From Rubrivivax sp. (GTDB taxonomy: Bacteria > Pseudomonadota > Gammaproteobacteria > Burkholderiales > Burkholderiaceae_C), in contig JAYVRO010000555.1 in the NCBI GenBank assembly GCA_043776165.1, positions 1 through 40,945 on the forward strand: a DNA stretch of 40,945 nucleotides, written 5' to 3'. Under the pieces are notes generated by a model. That model was not told the origin of the DNA and ran no database searches. It worked only from the letters and a program-made list of their open reading frames with translations. Shown one piece after another: positions 1-10,529 of this stretch (position 1 is its first letter; every line of letters begins with the position of its first letter). The translations under genes and the position numbers were made by a program.

Positions 1-393
1 GCCCAACACCTTGGCGTAAAAATCGAAGGTCTTGCCGCTGTGGTCGTAGGCTTCGTTCACGGCCACGTCTTTGCTGGCCTTGCCGCCTTCTTTTCGCACA
101 AGTTTTTTCAACGCGTCGGTGCTCTTCTTGGCATCAAAAACGCGCCGCGTGAGCTGAGGTACCAGGGCGGCTGCGCTGGCGCGGTTTGGCACGGTGAGCA
201 TGGCCGTGCGCATTTGGCGCAAGTTGGCTGAGGCGCGCTTGGTTGCGGCCATGGCCCCGATCATCTTCTTGTCTTTGCAGTGGCGCCGGATGTAATCCAC
301 CATGTAAGGTGGAATGGCAAAACACGCGGCGCAGGCGCAAGTGTTTTGGAGGCTTGGTTGCTGGGCAATGGACTCAACGATGGATGGGTTCAT
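1..393 (-). CDS. M4 family (protealysin-like) zinc metalloprotease, N-terminal part; runs off the left edge
   Basis: Not in the ORF track. Translated by hand from ATG 393: MNPSIVES...CFAIPPYMVDYI...RRVFDAKKS...LVRKEGGKASKDVAVNEAYDHSGKTFDFYAKVLG. It has a PPL-like propeptide motif (IPPYM) and the RxEG...D..VNEAYD...TxDFY start of the mature domain. AGGAG RBS upstream. HEXXH lies outside the window. Confidence 0.8.
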   Translation of the reverse strand, partial: MNPSIVESIAQQPSLQNTCACAACFAIPPYMVDYIRRHCKDKKMIGAMAATKRASANLRQMRTAMLTVPNRASAAALVPQLTRRVFDAKKSTDALKKLVRKEGGKASKDVAVNEAYDHSGKTFDFYAKVLG

Positions 394-460
394 GCACGTC
401 TCCTGTTGGCGCACGGTGGGCACATTCTTGAGCGCACGTGCGCTGAGCGCAACTCCAGTT

Positions 461-985
461 CTAGGGGTGCGGCTTGAGCACATAGCCAAAACGTGCAGGC
501 ATGGCTTCAAAGCTCAAGGTCTGGGGCAACCACCAACGGGCCTCCACGGCATCTGCGGCCACTGCGACGTCCTGGGTGTGCACCAGGCCAAAACCGATGT
601 CACTGTCCAGGTAAACCCGGCCTTCGTCATCGAGCCAGCAGCTCGTCACTTCGGCGGGCAGGCCGGTGTGAGAGGTCACGGCCCAGCCGCTGCCCTGCGC
701 GCACAAGCGCCACACCCAAGGTGCTGCTTCAAGCTGCAAGTACACACGCTGGGGGCCGTTCTGGAAGAACCAGGCGCCGCTGGTGTCGTGCTCGTAATTG
801 CGCTCGATGAAGGCCAACAACTTGGGGTGCTCGATGCGGCTGCCCTTGACTTGCGGAAAAGGCCCGCGGGCCTGGATACGCTCGTCGCGCATGTACCAAT
901 CGCCACGCGCGTCCAGCGCCAGCCAGTCGTAACAGTGCGGCACTTGCGGCCACTTGAGCAGCGCAGCTTTGACGATCTCGTCCAT
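461..985 (-). CDS. DUF2946-family conserved hypothetical protein
   Basis: MDEIVKAALLKWPQVPHCYDWLALDARGDW...FFQNGPQRVY is typical of this Burkholderiales family (recognised from memory). Confidence 0.75.
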   Translation of the reverse strand: MDEIVKAALLKWPQVPHCYDWLALDARGDWYMRDERIQARGPFPQVKGSRIEHPKLLAFIERNYEHDTSGAWFFQNGPQRVYLQLEAAPWVWRLCAQGSGWAVTSHTGLPAEVTSCWLDDEGRVYLDSDIGFGLVHTQDVAVAADAVEARWWLPQTLSFEAMPARFGYVLKPHP

Positions 986-994
986 GGTGCAACC

Positions 995-1969
995 TTACCG
1001 CGCCAAACGCAGCGCATCGAACCAGCCCAGCACTTGCTCAGGCAGCGTTGTCACGTGGCCCGGAAAACCCCCGCCGGGGAAGCCCACGTGGCCGCCGTGC
1101 GCGGGTTGCCACAACGTGACGTTTTTGCCCACCTCGTGCGCACCAGGCAAGCTCGTGCCTGGCACGAATGGGTCGTTTCGTGCGTTAACGACGAGGGCCG
1201 GAATCTCGATGCGATGCAAGTGCGGTTTGCTCGACGCCCGCGTCCAGTAATCGTGGGTGCCTTTGAAGCCGTGCACCGGTGCGGTGAAGGCGTCATCAAA
1301 CTCAAAAAGCGTTCGTGCCTGGTGGACACGCTCGCGGTCAAAGAGGCCTGGGTGCTGCTGCCATTTGGCGAGCGCCTTGGGCTTCATGCTGGCCAGAAAC
1401 ATGCGCGTGTAAGCCATCCGGTTGAAGCCTTGGCCAATGGCCTGGCCCGAAGCCGCCAGGTCCAGCGGCGCACTCGCGGCGGCGACGGCTTTTGCGGTGT
1501 GCGCCGCCGTGCTGCCAGCCTCTTGCGCCCAGCGCAACAGTGCATTGCCGCCGAGCGAAATGCCCGCAGCAAACAGCGGCGCGCCATGCTGAGCGCGCAG
1601 TCGCGCCAAGATCCAGCCAACCTCTTCAAAGTCACCGGAGTGATAGGCCCGCGGGCCGCGATTCAACTCACCGGAACAGCCGCGAAAGTGCGGCACGGCA
1701 AAGGCCCAACCACGCTGCTGCGCTGCGTGCGCCATGGCCACGGCGTAATGACCACCCGATGAGCCTTCCAGGCCGTGGAACATCACCAAGAGTGGCGCGC
1801 CGGGATTGCCCGCGTGGTGGTCGACATCAACAAAATCACCGTCAGGCGTGTCCCAGCGCTCGCGCTGCCAAAACCCGGGCCCCAGCGCTGGCAAGGGCGC
1901 CACGCGGCCCGCCCAAATGGTTTGCAAATTGCCGCCGGGAAGCCACCACGGTGCGCGGTAGCTTTGCAT
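995..1969 (-). CDS. YheT-like alpha/beta hydrolase
   Basis: Motifs GGNLQTI, TPDGDF, FHGLEGS, FRGCSG, GISLGG nucleophile elbow, NARNDPF and HGGHVGF. Start set at ATG 1969; the upstream extension in the ORF track lies inside a repeat element. Confidence 0.9.
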   Translation of the reverse strand: MQSYRAPWWLPGGNLQTIWAGRVAPLPALGPGFWQRERWDTPDGDFVDVDHHAGNPGAPLLVMFHGLEGSSGGHYAVAMAHAAQQRGWAFAVPHFRGCSGELNRGPRAYHSGDFEEVGWILARLRAQHGAPLFAAGISLGGNALLRWAQEAGSTAAHTAKAVAAASAPLDLAASGQAIGQGFNRMAYTRMFLASMKPKALAKWQQHPGLFDRERVHQARTLFEFDDAFTAPVHGFKGTHDYWTRASSKPHLHRIEIPALVVNARNDPFVPGTSLPGAHEVGKNVTLWQPAHGGHVGFPGGGFPGHVTTLPEQVLGWFDALRLAR

Positions 1970-1973
1970 CGTC

Positions 1974-2226
1974 AACCTAGAAACCGCAGTTGGACGCGCC
2001 CGAGCGTGCCGCGATGCGCCGGGGTGGCAAGGCGCGAACCACAGCGATGCCATGGACTTCACGTTGAGGCATCGCGCGGATTCGCAACGCCGCCAACGCG
2101 GTGCAACGTGGTGCGCTCGGGTGCGTAGCGCTGTCACCCATCAGGTGAACCTCTTCGTGAGCCCAATCTTTAGCGTTCATGCGACCTATCCAGCAGCGCA
2201 AAGCGGTCAACTGCGGTTTCTGGGTT
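1974..2226 (-). mobile_element. MITE-like element family A, copy 1 (253 bp)
   Basis: Terminal inverted repeats AACCTAGAAACCGCAGTTG / CAACTGCGGTTTCTGGGTT. About 91% identical by hand count (23 differences in 253) to 14528..14780. No transposase. Confidence 0.8.
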
Positions 2227-2681
2227 CAATGCAACGTTGACGAACGCGCAGGCTCTTGGTCAGACACCGAGGCTTGCGGCGCTGCCATGGCGGGGCTGGC
2301 GTGATGCGCCACCATGCGCCAGCCCTGGGCTGTCTTCAGATACACGTTGGTGGCCAGCACCCAGGCCGTTTGCACGCCCTTGTCGCTTTGCACGGTGATG
2401 CGCTCGACCAAGTGGTGCACGGCAGTGCCCGCGCTGTGCAGGCGGTGTACCTGCTCAGGCATGACGGGGATGGCGCCGTTGGCAAAGATCGCCTCGAAGG
2501 CCGCGCTGATGGCGGCCGGGCCCACCACGCGCGGGCCACCGGGATGCACACACACGACCTCGTCGTCGTCGCCCCACACGGCCATCAAGCGTGGCAGGTC
2601 GCCTTGTTGCAAGGCTTCGTAGAACTGCGCTTCCACGTCATCGGGCGATGCCAGCAAAACAGCGGGGGGCGGTTGACGCAT
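2226..2681 (-). CDS. SnoaL-like / NTF2-family protein
   Basis: FYEAL..GDL..LMAVW..D..V.CVHPG...G and ATNVY.....GWRMVAHHAS. Confidence 0.85.
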   Translation of the reverse strand: MRQPPPAVLLASPDDVEAQFYEALQQGDLPRLMAVWGDDDEVVCVHPGGPRVVGPAAISAAFEAIFANGAIPVMPEQVHRLHSAGTAVHHLVERITVQSDKGVQTAWVLATNVYLKTAQGWRMVAHHASPAMAAPQASVSDQEPARSSTLH

Positions 2682-2750
2682 GGTGGGTGTGCGGTGGGCC
2701 TGTGCAGGTTAACGTTTCAAGCGAGGTGCATTGCTTCAGCGCGCATTGCG

Positions 2751-3635
2751 TCAGCGAAAGATCACGCTCTTGTGGCCGTTCATCAGCACACGGTGCTCCA
2801 CATGCCAGCGCACGGCACGCGCCAGCACGCGGCTCTCAATGTCGCGGCCCACGGCCGTGAAGTCTTCGGCCGACATCGCATGACCGACACGCTCAACATC
2901 TTGTTCAATGATCGGGCCTTCGTCCAAGTCCGCCGTGACGTAATGCGCCGTGGCGCCAATCAGTTTGACGCCGCGTGCGTGCGCCTGGTAATAGGGCCGC
3001 GCGCCTTTGAAACTGGGCAAAAAGCTATGGTGGATATTGATGGCACGGCCCGAGAGCGCGGCGCAAAACTCCGGCGAGAGGATTTGCATATAACGCGCCA
3101 ACACCACCAGGTCAATGCGCTCTTGGTCGATCAGCACTTCAATGGTTTGCTCTTGCGCGCGCTTAGTGGCGGCACTGCTGCCTGTGGGCAAAGGCAGGTG
3201 ATGAAAGGCAATGCCGTTGCTTGCCGCCAAGCCTTCAAAAGCGCGGTGATTTGAGACGATGGCCGGGATGTCCACAGCGAGCTGCCCGCTGCTCACGCGG
3301 AACAGCAAATCGTTCAGGCAGTGGCCGTGCTGGCTGACCATCAAGAGCACACGAGGGCGCAGTGCCAGGCTGTGGAATTGCAGCACCATGCCAAACTGTT
3401 CACGTGTGTGGGCAAATAGGCCGTCTAAGGTGGAAACGTTAGCCAATGCAGGCGGCGCTTCAAAGTGCACACGCATAAAAAAGAGGCCTGTGGCGTCGCC
3501 ACCCTCAATGTCACCAAACTGCTGCGAGTCAATGATGTTGCAGCCTGCTTGGTAGAGCAGGCCTGAGACGGCATAGACGATGCCTTTGGCGTCTTTGCAA
3601 GACAGGGTGAGGATGAATTCGCGCTCTGTGGGCAT
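2751..3635 (-). CDS. purU: formyltetrahydrofolate deformylase
   Basis: ACT domain (LTLSCKDAKGIV), then LVVLARYMQILS, INIHHSFLPSFKGARPY, GVKLIGATAHYVT and DLDEGPIIEQ. Confidence 0.95.
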   Translation of the reverse strand: MPTEREFILTLSCKDAKGIVYAVSGLLYQAGCNIIDSQQFGDIEGGDATGLFFMRVHFEAPPALANVSTLDGLFAHTREQFGMVLQFHSLALRPRVLLMVSQHGHCLNDLLFRVSSGQLAVDIPAIVSNHRAFEGLAASNGIAFHHLPLPTGSSAATKRAQEQTIEVLIDQERIDLVVLARYMQILSPEFCAALSGRAINIHHSFLPSFKGARPYYQAHARGVKLIGATAHYVTADLDEGPIIEQDVERVGHAMSAEDFTAVGRDIESRVLARAVRWHVEHRVLMNGHKSVIFR

Positions 3636-3637
3636 GC

Positions 3638-3868
3638 TCAATGCCCGTGGTGCAGCTTCTCGCCCGCCTTCAAACGGTAGACCGTGCCGCAGTAGGCGCA
3701 GCGCCCTTCGCCGGTGGTGGCCACGTCGATGTAGACCTTGGGGTGGTTGCTCCACAAAGGCATCTTGGGGTTGGGGCAAAAGACCACGCCGGGGCCGTGC
3801 AAATCGGCGGCAGTCAGCTCAACCAGCGCTTTGGCTTGTGATGAGTGCGGTGATGTGAGTTGTGTCAT
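3638..3868 (-). CDS. zinc-finger (zf-CHCC type) small protein
   Basis: CP...W..HPKVY.......CAYCG pattern. Confidence 0.85.
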   Translation of the reverse strand: MTQLTSPHSSQAKALVELTAADLHGPGVVFCPNPKMPLWSNHPKVYIDVATTGEGRCAYCGTVYRLKAGEKLHHGH

Positions 3869-3879
3869 GCGTTAACCGT

Positions 3880-4803
3880 TCATACCTTGCTCAACCAGTC
3901 GGCGTATTTGGCGTTGCGGCCATTCACGATGTCAAAAAACGCGCTCTGGATCTTTTCGGTTAACGGCCCCCGTGACCCGGCGCCGAGCTCGATGCGATCG
4001 AGTTCACGAATCGGCGTGACTTCAGCGGCCGTGCCGGTAAAAAATGCTTCGTCGCATATGTAGACCTCGTCGCGGGTGATGCGCTTTTCGACGAGCTTCA
4101 GGCCCAGGTCCTGGCAGATGGCAAACACCGTGTTGCGGGTAATGCCGTTCAACGCACCGGCCGACAAATCAGGCGTGTAGACCACGCCGCCCTTGATGAC
4201 AAAAAGGTTCTCACCCGCGCCTTCGCTCACGAACCCGCTGGCGTCAAGCAGCAATGCTTCGTCGTAGCCGTCGTCGGTGGCTTCCATGTTGGCCAGGATG
4301 GAATTGGTGTAGTTGCTCACCGCCTTGGCCTGCGTCATGGTGATGTTGACGTGGTGGCGCGTGTAGCTGCTGGTCTTCACGCGGATGCCGCGCTGCAAGC
4401 CTTCTTCACCCAGGTAGGCGCCCCAGGGCCAGGCGGCGATCATCAGGTGGATGGTGTTGCCGCGCGGGCTCACGCCGAGCTTGGCGTCGCCGATCCAGGT
4501 CAGGGGGCGCAAGTAGCAGCTCTCAAGCTTGTTCACGCGCACCACTTCGCGTTGTGCGTCCATCACTTGCTCTTGGCTGAAGGGGATCTTCATGCGCAAG
4601 ATCTTGGCGCTATTGAAGAGCCGCTCGGTGTGCTCGCGCAAACGGAAGATGGCTGTGCCGTCCACGGTGTTGTAGGCGCGAACGCCTTCAAAGGCGCCAC
4701 AGCCGTAGTGCAGTGTGTGGCTGAGCACGTGGATCTTGGCGTCGCGCCAGTCCACCAAAACGCCGTCCATCCAGATCTTGCCGTCGCGGTCTGACATTGA
4801 CAT
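3880..4803 (-). CDS. ilvE: branched-chain amino acid aminotransferase
   Basis: LHYGCGAFEGVRAY, EGAGENLF, LNGITR and EAFFTGTAAEVTPI. Confidence 0.96.
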   Translation of the reverse strand: MSMSDRDGKIWMDGVLVDWRDAKIHVLSHTLHYGCGAFEGVRAYNTVDGTAIFRLREHTERLFNSAKILRMKIPFSQEQVMDAQREVVRVNKLESCYLRPLTWIGDAKLGVSPRGNTIHLMIAAWPWGAYLGEEGLQRGIRVKTSSYTRHHVNITMTQAKAVSNYTNSILANMEATDDGYDEALLLDASGFVSEGAGENLFVIKGGVVYTPDLSAGALNGITRNTVFAICQDLGLKLVEKRITRDEVYICDEAFFTGTAAEVTPIRELDRIELGAGSRGPLTEKIQSAFFDIVNGRNAKYADWLSKV

Positions 4804-4838
4804 GGGGTGTTCTCTTTGCAAAAAAGTAGCGGGAGATT

Positions 4839-5294
4839 TTAGGTGGCGTCGGGTGCGGGTGCGGGTGCGGGTGCGGGGCCAGCCTCGGGTGCTCGCTCCA
4901 GCGCCCAGCGCGTCACGCGCCCGGCCACGAGTTCCACCCGAACGCTGTCGCCGCCGTCATCGGTCCAGGCAAATGTTTCGGGCTCATTCCTTCCGGGTTC
5001 ACTCACCAGCTTCACACCCAGGCTGCGCGTGAGCTTGATGACGTCCACCAAGCGTTGACCTTCGCGCAGCCGCGCATGCAACATCACCGCGTTGCCGATG
5101 CTGCCGATGGGCGCATTGGCAGCATCGCGCATGGCGCGCACGGCACGGCTGAATTGCAGCAACAACCAGAACACGATGACGGTGAGCGCCAGCGCCACGC
5201 CCGGCCAGCCGTAGCTGGTATAGCCCAGGGCGATGGCCGCGACGGCCAGGGTCCAGCCCAAGGTCGGGCCGAGTCTGTTCAGGGTTTCAAGCAT
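4839..5294 (-). CDS. conserved hypothetical membrane protein
   Basis: Two N-terminal hydrophobic segments, conserved FWLLLQF.R..R and P.G...NAVML.A.L, and a PAPAPA tail from GGTGCG repeats. Confidence 0.75.
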   Translation of the reverse strand: MLETLNRLGPTLGWTLAVAAIALGYTSYGWPGVALALTVIVFWLLLQFSRAVRAMRDAANAPIGSIGNAVMLHARLREGQRLVDVIKLTRSLGVKLVSEPGRNEPETFAWTDDGGDSVRVELVAGRVTRWALERAPEAGPAPAPAPAPDAT

Positions 5295-5361
5295 GGCGAA
5301 CTGCTGCCGGGGCAGGTGTTGTGCGCGTGTCGATCAACAGGCATCGCAGAGAATGATTTGT

Positions 5362-6117
5362 ATGGACGAATTGCAAACCTGGGTCATCAACCTGGATCGC
5401 GCACCGGAACGCTTGGCGCGCATCTCGCAGCAGCTGCAGCAACTCGGCTTGCACTTTGAGCGCTTGCCTGCCGTGGACGCCCGCAACATGGGTGCTGCCG
5501 ACGAGGCCTTGCTCGACCGCGCCACGTTTGCGCGTTGGCATGGCATGACACCTTTATTGGGTGAGCTGGGATGTTACCTGTCGCATGTCGCGGTGATGCG
5601 CCGCCTCCTCGCGTCGCAGGCTACTTTTGCTTTGGTTCTGGAGGACGACGTGCTGCTCACCGAGCGACTTCCTGCGGCGCTTGTCGGGCTGATAAAGCAC
5701 CGGGACCGCTGGGACATGGTCAAACTTTCAGCCGTGCATTCGGGCACACCCCTACCGGTGCTGGAAGTGGCGCCGGGTCAACATTTGTCGGTGATGTTCA
5801 GCCGCTGCACAGGCTCCAGCGCCTACCTCATCAACCGGCAAGCAGCCGCCGCTTACATCCACGGCTTGCTGCCCATGCAGTTGCCCTACGACCATGTCTT
5901 TGACCAAGGCTGGCGTTTTGGATTGAAGGTGCGCCTGCTGTCGCCCACACCGTGTGTGCACGACGAAAAAACGGCATCCACCATCGGCGAGCCCGCGGAG
6001 CAACCGCGCAAGTTCCGCTGGTATCAGCGCTGGCCCACCTACGCTTATCGGCTGGTCAACGAATGGCGGCGTTTAACGTATGGGGTGACGCAGTGGTGGG
6101 CTGAGCCACGGGCCTGA
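5362..6117 (+). CDS. glycosyltransferase family 25 (LPS/LOS biosynthesis type)
   Basis: VINLDRAPER, FERLPAVD, GELGCYLSH and LVLEDD motifs. Start could be 5353. Confidence 0.9.
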   Translation: MDELQTWVINLDRAPERLARISQQLQQLGLHFERLPAVDARNMGAADEALLDRATFARWHGMTPLLGELGCYLSHVAVMRRLLASQATFALVLEDDVLLTERLPAALVGLIKHRDRWDMVKLSAVHSGTPLPVLEVAPGQHLSVMFSRCTGSSAYLINRQAAAAYIHGLLPMQLPYDHVFDQGWRFGLKVRLLSPTPCVHDEKTASTIGEPAEQPRKFRWYQRWPTYAYRLVNEWRRLTYGVTQWWAEPRA

Positions 6118-6138
6118 AGCCCGCGCTCGGGGCGGATG

Positions 6139-7497
6139 TCACAGCCCGCGCACCACGTCGATGGCCTGCTCAATGCGCTCGATGGCATGCACGGTGAGGC
6201 CTTCAGTGGCCTTCTTGGGCGCGTTGGCCTTGGGCACCAGGGCGACAGAGAAACCGAGCTTGGCGGCCTCCTTCAAGCGCTCTTGGCCACGTGGCGCGGG
6301 CCGCACTTCTCCGGCGAGCCCCACCTCACCAAACGCAATAAAACCGCGTGGCAGAGGTTTACCGCGCAAGCTGCTTTGAATGGCCAAGAGCACGGCCAGG
6401 TCAGCCGCGGGCTCACCGATGCGCACGCCGCCCACGGCGTTCACAAACACGTCTTGGTCCATGCACGAGACACCCGCGTGGCGGTGCAGCACGGCCAGCA
6501 ACATGGCCAGTCGATCGCGGTCCAGGCCGACGCTCAACCGGCGGGGGCTGGGGCCGCCGCTGTCGACGAGGGCTTGAAGTTCAACGAGCAAAGGCCGCGT
6601 GCCTTCCAGCGTGACCATCACACAAGACCCCGGCACAGGTTCGCCATGCGTGGACAAGAAAATGGCACTTGGGTTGCTCACGCCCTTGAGGCCCCGTTCG
6701 GTCATGGCAAAAACGCCGATCTCGTTGACTGCGCCGAAGCGGTTTTTGATGGCCCGCACCAGGCGAAAACTCGAGTGTGTGTCGCCTTCAAAATAGAGCA
6801 CGGTGTCAACGATGTGCTCCAGCACACGCGGCCCGGCCAGCGCACCTTCTTTGGTGACATGGCCGACCAGCACCATGCTGCAACCCGAGGTCTTGGCCAA
6901 GCGCGTGAGCTGCGCCGCGCATTCACGCACTTGAGCCACCGAGCCGGGCGCCGACGTGAGCTGATCCGAGTACACCGTTTGAATTGAATCAATGACGCAG
7001 AACGCGGGTTGCTCAGCGTCGAGCGCAGCCACGATCTTTTCCAGATTGATCTCAGCCAGCACACGCACGCGGGTGCCTTTCAAGCCCAGACGGCGCGCGC
7101 GCAGTGCCACTTGCGCGCCACTTTCTTCACCCGTCACATAAAGCACCTTCGTGCCGGTACTGATGGCGTCCAGCGCTTGCAACAAAAGCGTGCTCTTTCC
7201 GATGCCCGGGTCACCACCGATGAGCACCACCCCACCGGCCACAAAACCACCGCCGAGCACACGGTCCAATTCTTCTTGGCCCGTGCTGGTGCGCTCCACA
7301 TCGGCGGCGTCAATCTCACTCAAGGTGGCCACGGGCAAGCTCTTGGCCAGACTTTGAAAACGGTTTCTCGCGGCCCCCGGCGCTGGCTCGGCAATGCCTT
7401 CATCCAGCGTGTTCCAGGCGTTGCAGTGCGGGCATTTGCCCAGCCACTTGGGGTTGCTGCCGCCGCATTCGCGGCAGGTGTAGACGGTTTTGGCCAT
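6139..7497 (-). CDS. radA: DNA repair protein RadA/Sms
   Basis: C4 zinc finger, GGDPGIGKS Walker A, KNRFG motif and Lon-like C-terminus. Confidence 0.97.
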   Translation of the reverse strand: MAKTVYTCRECGGSNPKWLGKCPHCNAWNTLDEGIAEPAPGAARNRFQSLAKSLPVATLSEIDAADVERTSTGQEELDRVLGGGFVAGGVVLIGGDPGIGKSTLLLQALDAISTGTKVLYVTGEESGAQVALRARRLGLKGTRVRVLAEINLEKIVAALDAEQPAFCVIDSIQTVYSDQLTSAPGSVAQVRECAAQLTRLAKTSGCSMVLVGHVTKEGALAGPRVLEHIVDTVLYFEGDTHSSFRLVRAIKNRFGAVNEIGVFAMTERGLKGVSNPSAIFLSTHGEPVPGSCVMVTLEGTRPLLVELQALVDSGGPSPRRLSVGLDRDRLAMLLAVLHRHAGVSCMDQDVFVNAVGGVRIGEPAADLAVLLAIQSSLRGKPLPRGFIAFGEVGLAGEVRPAPRGQERLKEAAKLGFSVALVPKANAPKKATEGLTVHAIERIEQAIDVVRGL

Positions 7498-7547
7498 GGT
7501 TTGATTGTCGGGCGCGCACGGCGCACCCTGCGGTCTAACGTTTCACA

Positions 7548-7994
7548 TCAGTCAACGCCGCGGCCAGCCAATTTGCCGCGCCCGGCTTTGATGACCGACG
7601 AGCGCGCTTTGCCTTCCAGGCGACGCAGCTTGGAGCCCTGCGTGGGCTTGGTTGCGCGCCGCGCCTTGGGCAGCGTCGCCACGCTGTCGACCATGGCTTG
7701 CAAGCGTTGCAAGGCTTCGGCGCGGTTCATGGGCAGGCTGCGGCTTTCTTGCGCCTTGATGACGATCACGCCGTCGCTGTTGATGCGCTGGTCGCTCAGT
7801 GCAAGCAAACGGGCCTTGATGTCATCGGGCAATGACGAGGCTTGAACGTCAAAGCGCAAGTGCGCTGCGCTGGAAACCTTGTTGACGTTTTGCCCACCCG
7901 CGCCTTGCGCCCGGATGGCGGTGAAGTCAACTTCGTCAACCTTGACCTGCGGGGTCTTGAGCATGCCCGGTTCAGTCGTGAAGACAGTCCGCAT
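7548..7994 (-). CDS. arfB: alternative ribosome rescue peptidyl-tRNA hydrolase ArfB (YaeJ)
   Basis: [16 protein letters not shown] motif and basic tail RRATKPT. ATG directly follows the alr stop; alternative start 7964. Confidence 0.93.
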   Translation of the reverse strand: MRTVFTTEPGMLKTPQVKVDEVDFTAIRAQGAGGQNVNKVSSAAHLRFDVQASSLPDDIKARLLALSDQRINSDGVIVIKAQESRSLPMNRAEALQRLQAMVDSVATLPKARRATKPTQGSKLRRLEGKARSSVIKAGRGKLAGRGVD

Positions 7995-9092
7995 TCACTC
8001 AACGGTGCACATCGGCACACGCGGCGCCACGGCGCACATCAGCTCATAACCGATGGTGCCGGCGGCCTGCGCCACGTCGTCAATGGGCAGCACCTTGCCG
8101 CCGGGGCCTTGACCCCACAGCGTGACTTCGGTGCCGATGACGGCTGCGGGCTGCGCCGTGATGTCCACTGCCAGCATGTCCATCGAAACACGACCCACGG
8201 TGTGCGTGCGCACGCCGCCTACCAAAACGGGGGTGCCGGTGGCGCAGTGGCGCGGGTAACCATCGGCATAACCGCAGGCCACGATGCCTATGCGCAGGGG
8301 CTGCTGCGCAGTGAAGCTGCTGCCATAGCCCACGGTGTCGCCTGGCGCCAGTTGCTGGGTGGCGATGAGCTTGGAGCGCAAGGACATGGCGGGACGCAGG
8401 CCCCAGTGAGCGATGTCGTGCTCCGGGAAATCAGGCGCGCTGCCGTAACACAGGATGCCCGCGCGCACCCAGTCGCCAGCCCAGTCGGCAGCTACCAGGT
8501 GGCGCAAGGTGGCGGCACTGTTGGCCAGGCAACGTTCGCCTTGTAGATCGTGGGTGACGGCGTTGAATGTAGTCACTTGATGCGTTAATCCGCGCGGGCC
8601 ATCGGCGTCACTGAAGTGCGTCATCAGCGAGACCTCTTCAACTTGCGGCAAGGCATTGAGCCGCGCCCAAGCCGAGCGATAGGCGCCCGGCGCAAAGCCC
8701 AGGCGGTTCATGCCGCTATTCATCTTCAGGAACACACGGTGAGGCACTTGGGTTTTGTGCGTGGCCAACCAGTCGATCTGCAGGGCGCAGTGCACCACAT
8801 GCCACAGGTTCAGGCGTGAGCACAGCTCCAGGTCGCGTGGCTCAAAGCAGCCTTCCAGCAACAGCACTGGGCCACGCCAATCCAGTGCGCGCAATCTTTC
8901 TGCTTCGGCCAGGTCAAGCAAAGCAAAACCGTCGGCGCTGTGCAGGCCCGCAAAAGCACGCTCGATGCCATGGCCGTAGGCGTTGGCCTTGACAACGGCC
9001 CACACGCGGGCGTCAGGCGCGGCTTGGCGCGCGCGGGCCAGGTTGTGCGCCAGTGCTGCGGTGTGAACAAGCGCTTCGATGGGACGTGGCAT
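7995..9092 (-). CDS. alr: alanine racemase
   Basis: [14 protein letters not shown] lysine, [22 protein letters not shown] and GTIGYEL. Start at MPRPI, ATG 9092. Confidence 0.95.
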   Translation of the reverse strand: MPRPIEALVHTAALAHNLARARQAAPDARVWAVVKANAYGHGIERAFAGLHSADGFALLDLAEAERLRALDWRGPVLLLEGCFEPRDLELCSRLNLWHVVHCALQIDWLATHKTQVPHRVFLKMNSGMNRLGFAPGAYRSAWARLNALPQVEEVSLMTHFSDADGPRGLTHQVTTFNAVTHDLQGERCLANSAATLRHLVAADWAGDWVRAGILCYGSAPDFPEHDIAHWGLRPAMSLRSKLIATQQLAPGDTVGYGSSFTAQQPLRIGIVACGYADGYPRHCATGTPVLVGGVRTHTVGRVSMDMLAVDITAQPAAVIGTEVTLWGQGPGGKVLPIDDVAQAAGTIGYELMCAVAPRVPMCTVE

Positions 9093-9251
9093 GGTTGGCG
9101 CGGCATTCTGCCAGCGACCCTTGTTGGTGCCCTTTGCGCACCCCTTGCGTGCTATAACCGCGCGCCGCAGATGGGGGGCGCCCCGGCCGCAGGCCCGAAC
9201 GCACGGCAAACGCGCAGTGCGCGCAGAAGTCCCCACGATGAAGCCCACACG

Positions 9252-10529
9252 ATGAAAAAAGGTTTCTCGACCATCATGTCGGCGCAGTTTTTCAGCTCTC
9301 TGGCTGACAACGCGCTCTTGGTCGCCGCCGTCGAACTGCTTCGGCTCTCCAACGCCCCGGCGTGGCAAACGCCCGCTTTGGCACCCATGTTTGCGCTGTT
9401 CTACGTGGTGTTGGCACCCTTTGTGGGCGCGTTTGCCGATTCGGTCCCTAAAGGCCAGGTCATGTTCATGTCCAACACCATCAAGGTGGTGGGCTGTTTG
9501 ATGATGCTTTTTGGTAGCCATCCACTCCTGGCTTACGCCGTCGTGGGCCTGGGCGCAGCGGCTTATTCGCCCGCCAAATACGGCATCTTGACGGAGCTTT
9601 TGCCGCCCTCGCAATTGGTCAAGGGCAATGGCTGGATCGAAGGCCTGACGGTGGCCTCCATTGTTCTGGGCATCTTGTTGGGTGGGCAGTTGGTGGGCTC
9701 GAAAGTCGCGACGATCTTGCTGGGGTTTGACTTCCCATTCATCGACACCAGCGTGGACACCGCCCCCGAAGCCGCCATCAGCTGCATCGTCTTTCTCTAC
9801 CTCATAGCCGCCATCTTCAACTTGCGCATCCCGCGCACCGACGCCCCATTGCAAGCCATGACGGGCGTGACGCACCTGGTGCGCGACTTTGCCCACTGCA
9901 ACGCGCGCTTGTGGGCTGACAAGCTCGGCCAAATCACGCTGGCCACCACCACCTTGTTGTGGGGCATCTTCAGCAACGTGCGACTGATTGTGTTTGCCTG
10001 GGCTGCAGCGGCGTTGGGTTATGGCACCACGCAGGCGTCCAACCTGGCCGGCGTGGTGGTGGTGGGCTCGGTGATGGGTGCGGTGTTGGCCTCGATGTAC
10101 ATCCGGCTGGACCGCGCCACGCGTGTCATCCCGCTGGCCACGGCCGTGGGGGTATTGATGATCGGCCTGAACGTCATCAACAACGTGTGGTTGGCGGCGC
10201 CATTTTTGGTCCTAATGGGGGCGCTGTGCGGTTTTGTCATCGTGCCCATGAACGCTTTGCTGCAACACCGCGGCCACAACCTGATGGGCGCGGGGCGATC
10301 GATCGCCGTACAAAACTTCAACGAACAAGCCTGCATCCTCGGCGTGGGTGCGTTTTATTCGGGCATGACCAAAGTGGGCTTCTCTGCCTTTGTCGCCATC
10401 GCCGTGTTTGGAACGGTGGTGGCGGGCACGATGGAAGTCATCCGCCGCTGGCATCGCCGCAACACGGTGCGCCATGGTGAAGAAGTCGAGCGGCTCTTGG
10501 CCATTGCGCGCAGTGATGGTGGGCACTGA
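9252..10529 (+). CDS. lplT: lysophospholipid transporter (MFS)
   Basis: [24 protein letters not shown] and [10 protein letters not shown]...[11 protein letters not shown]. Confidence 0.92.
   Translation: MKKGFSTIMSAQFFSSLADNALLVAAVELLRLSNAPAWQTPALAPMFALFYVVLAPFVGAFADSVPKGQVMFMSNTIKVVGCLMMLFGSHPLLAYAVVGLGAAAYSPAKYGILTELLPPSQLVKGNGWIEGLTVASIVLGILLGGQLVGSKVATILLGFDFPFIDTSVDTAPEAAISCIVFLYLIAAIFNLRIPRTDAPLQAMTGVTHLVRDFAHCNARLWADKLGQITLATTTLLWGIFSNVRLIVFAWAAAALGYGTTQASNLAGVVVVGSVMGAVLASMYIRLDRATRVIPLATAVGVLMIGLNVINNVWLAAPFLVLMGALCGFVIVPMNALLQHRGHNLMGAGRSIAVQNFNEQACILGVGAFYSGMTKVGFSAFVAIAVFGTVVAGTMEVIRRWHRRNTVRHGEEVERLLAIARSDGGH

Noticed and set aside
1970-2137. N-terminal extension of the YheT-like ORF
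   Set aside because: It lies wholly inside family A copy 1, and the same peptide appears at 14617. Recognisable hydrolase sequence begins at ATG 1969.
1974-2226. REP/REPIN or integron attC interpretation of the elements
   Set aside because: No GTAG-headed short REP hairpins, no attC RYYYAAC/GTTRRRY box geometry, and no RAYT or integrase in the window.
9093-9932. Extended alr and lplT ORFs overlapping each other
   Set aside because: Artefact of longest-ORF calling. The likely starts at 9092 and 9252 leave a normal divergent promoter region.
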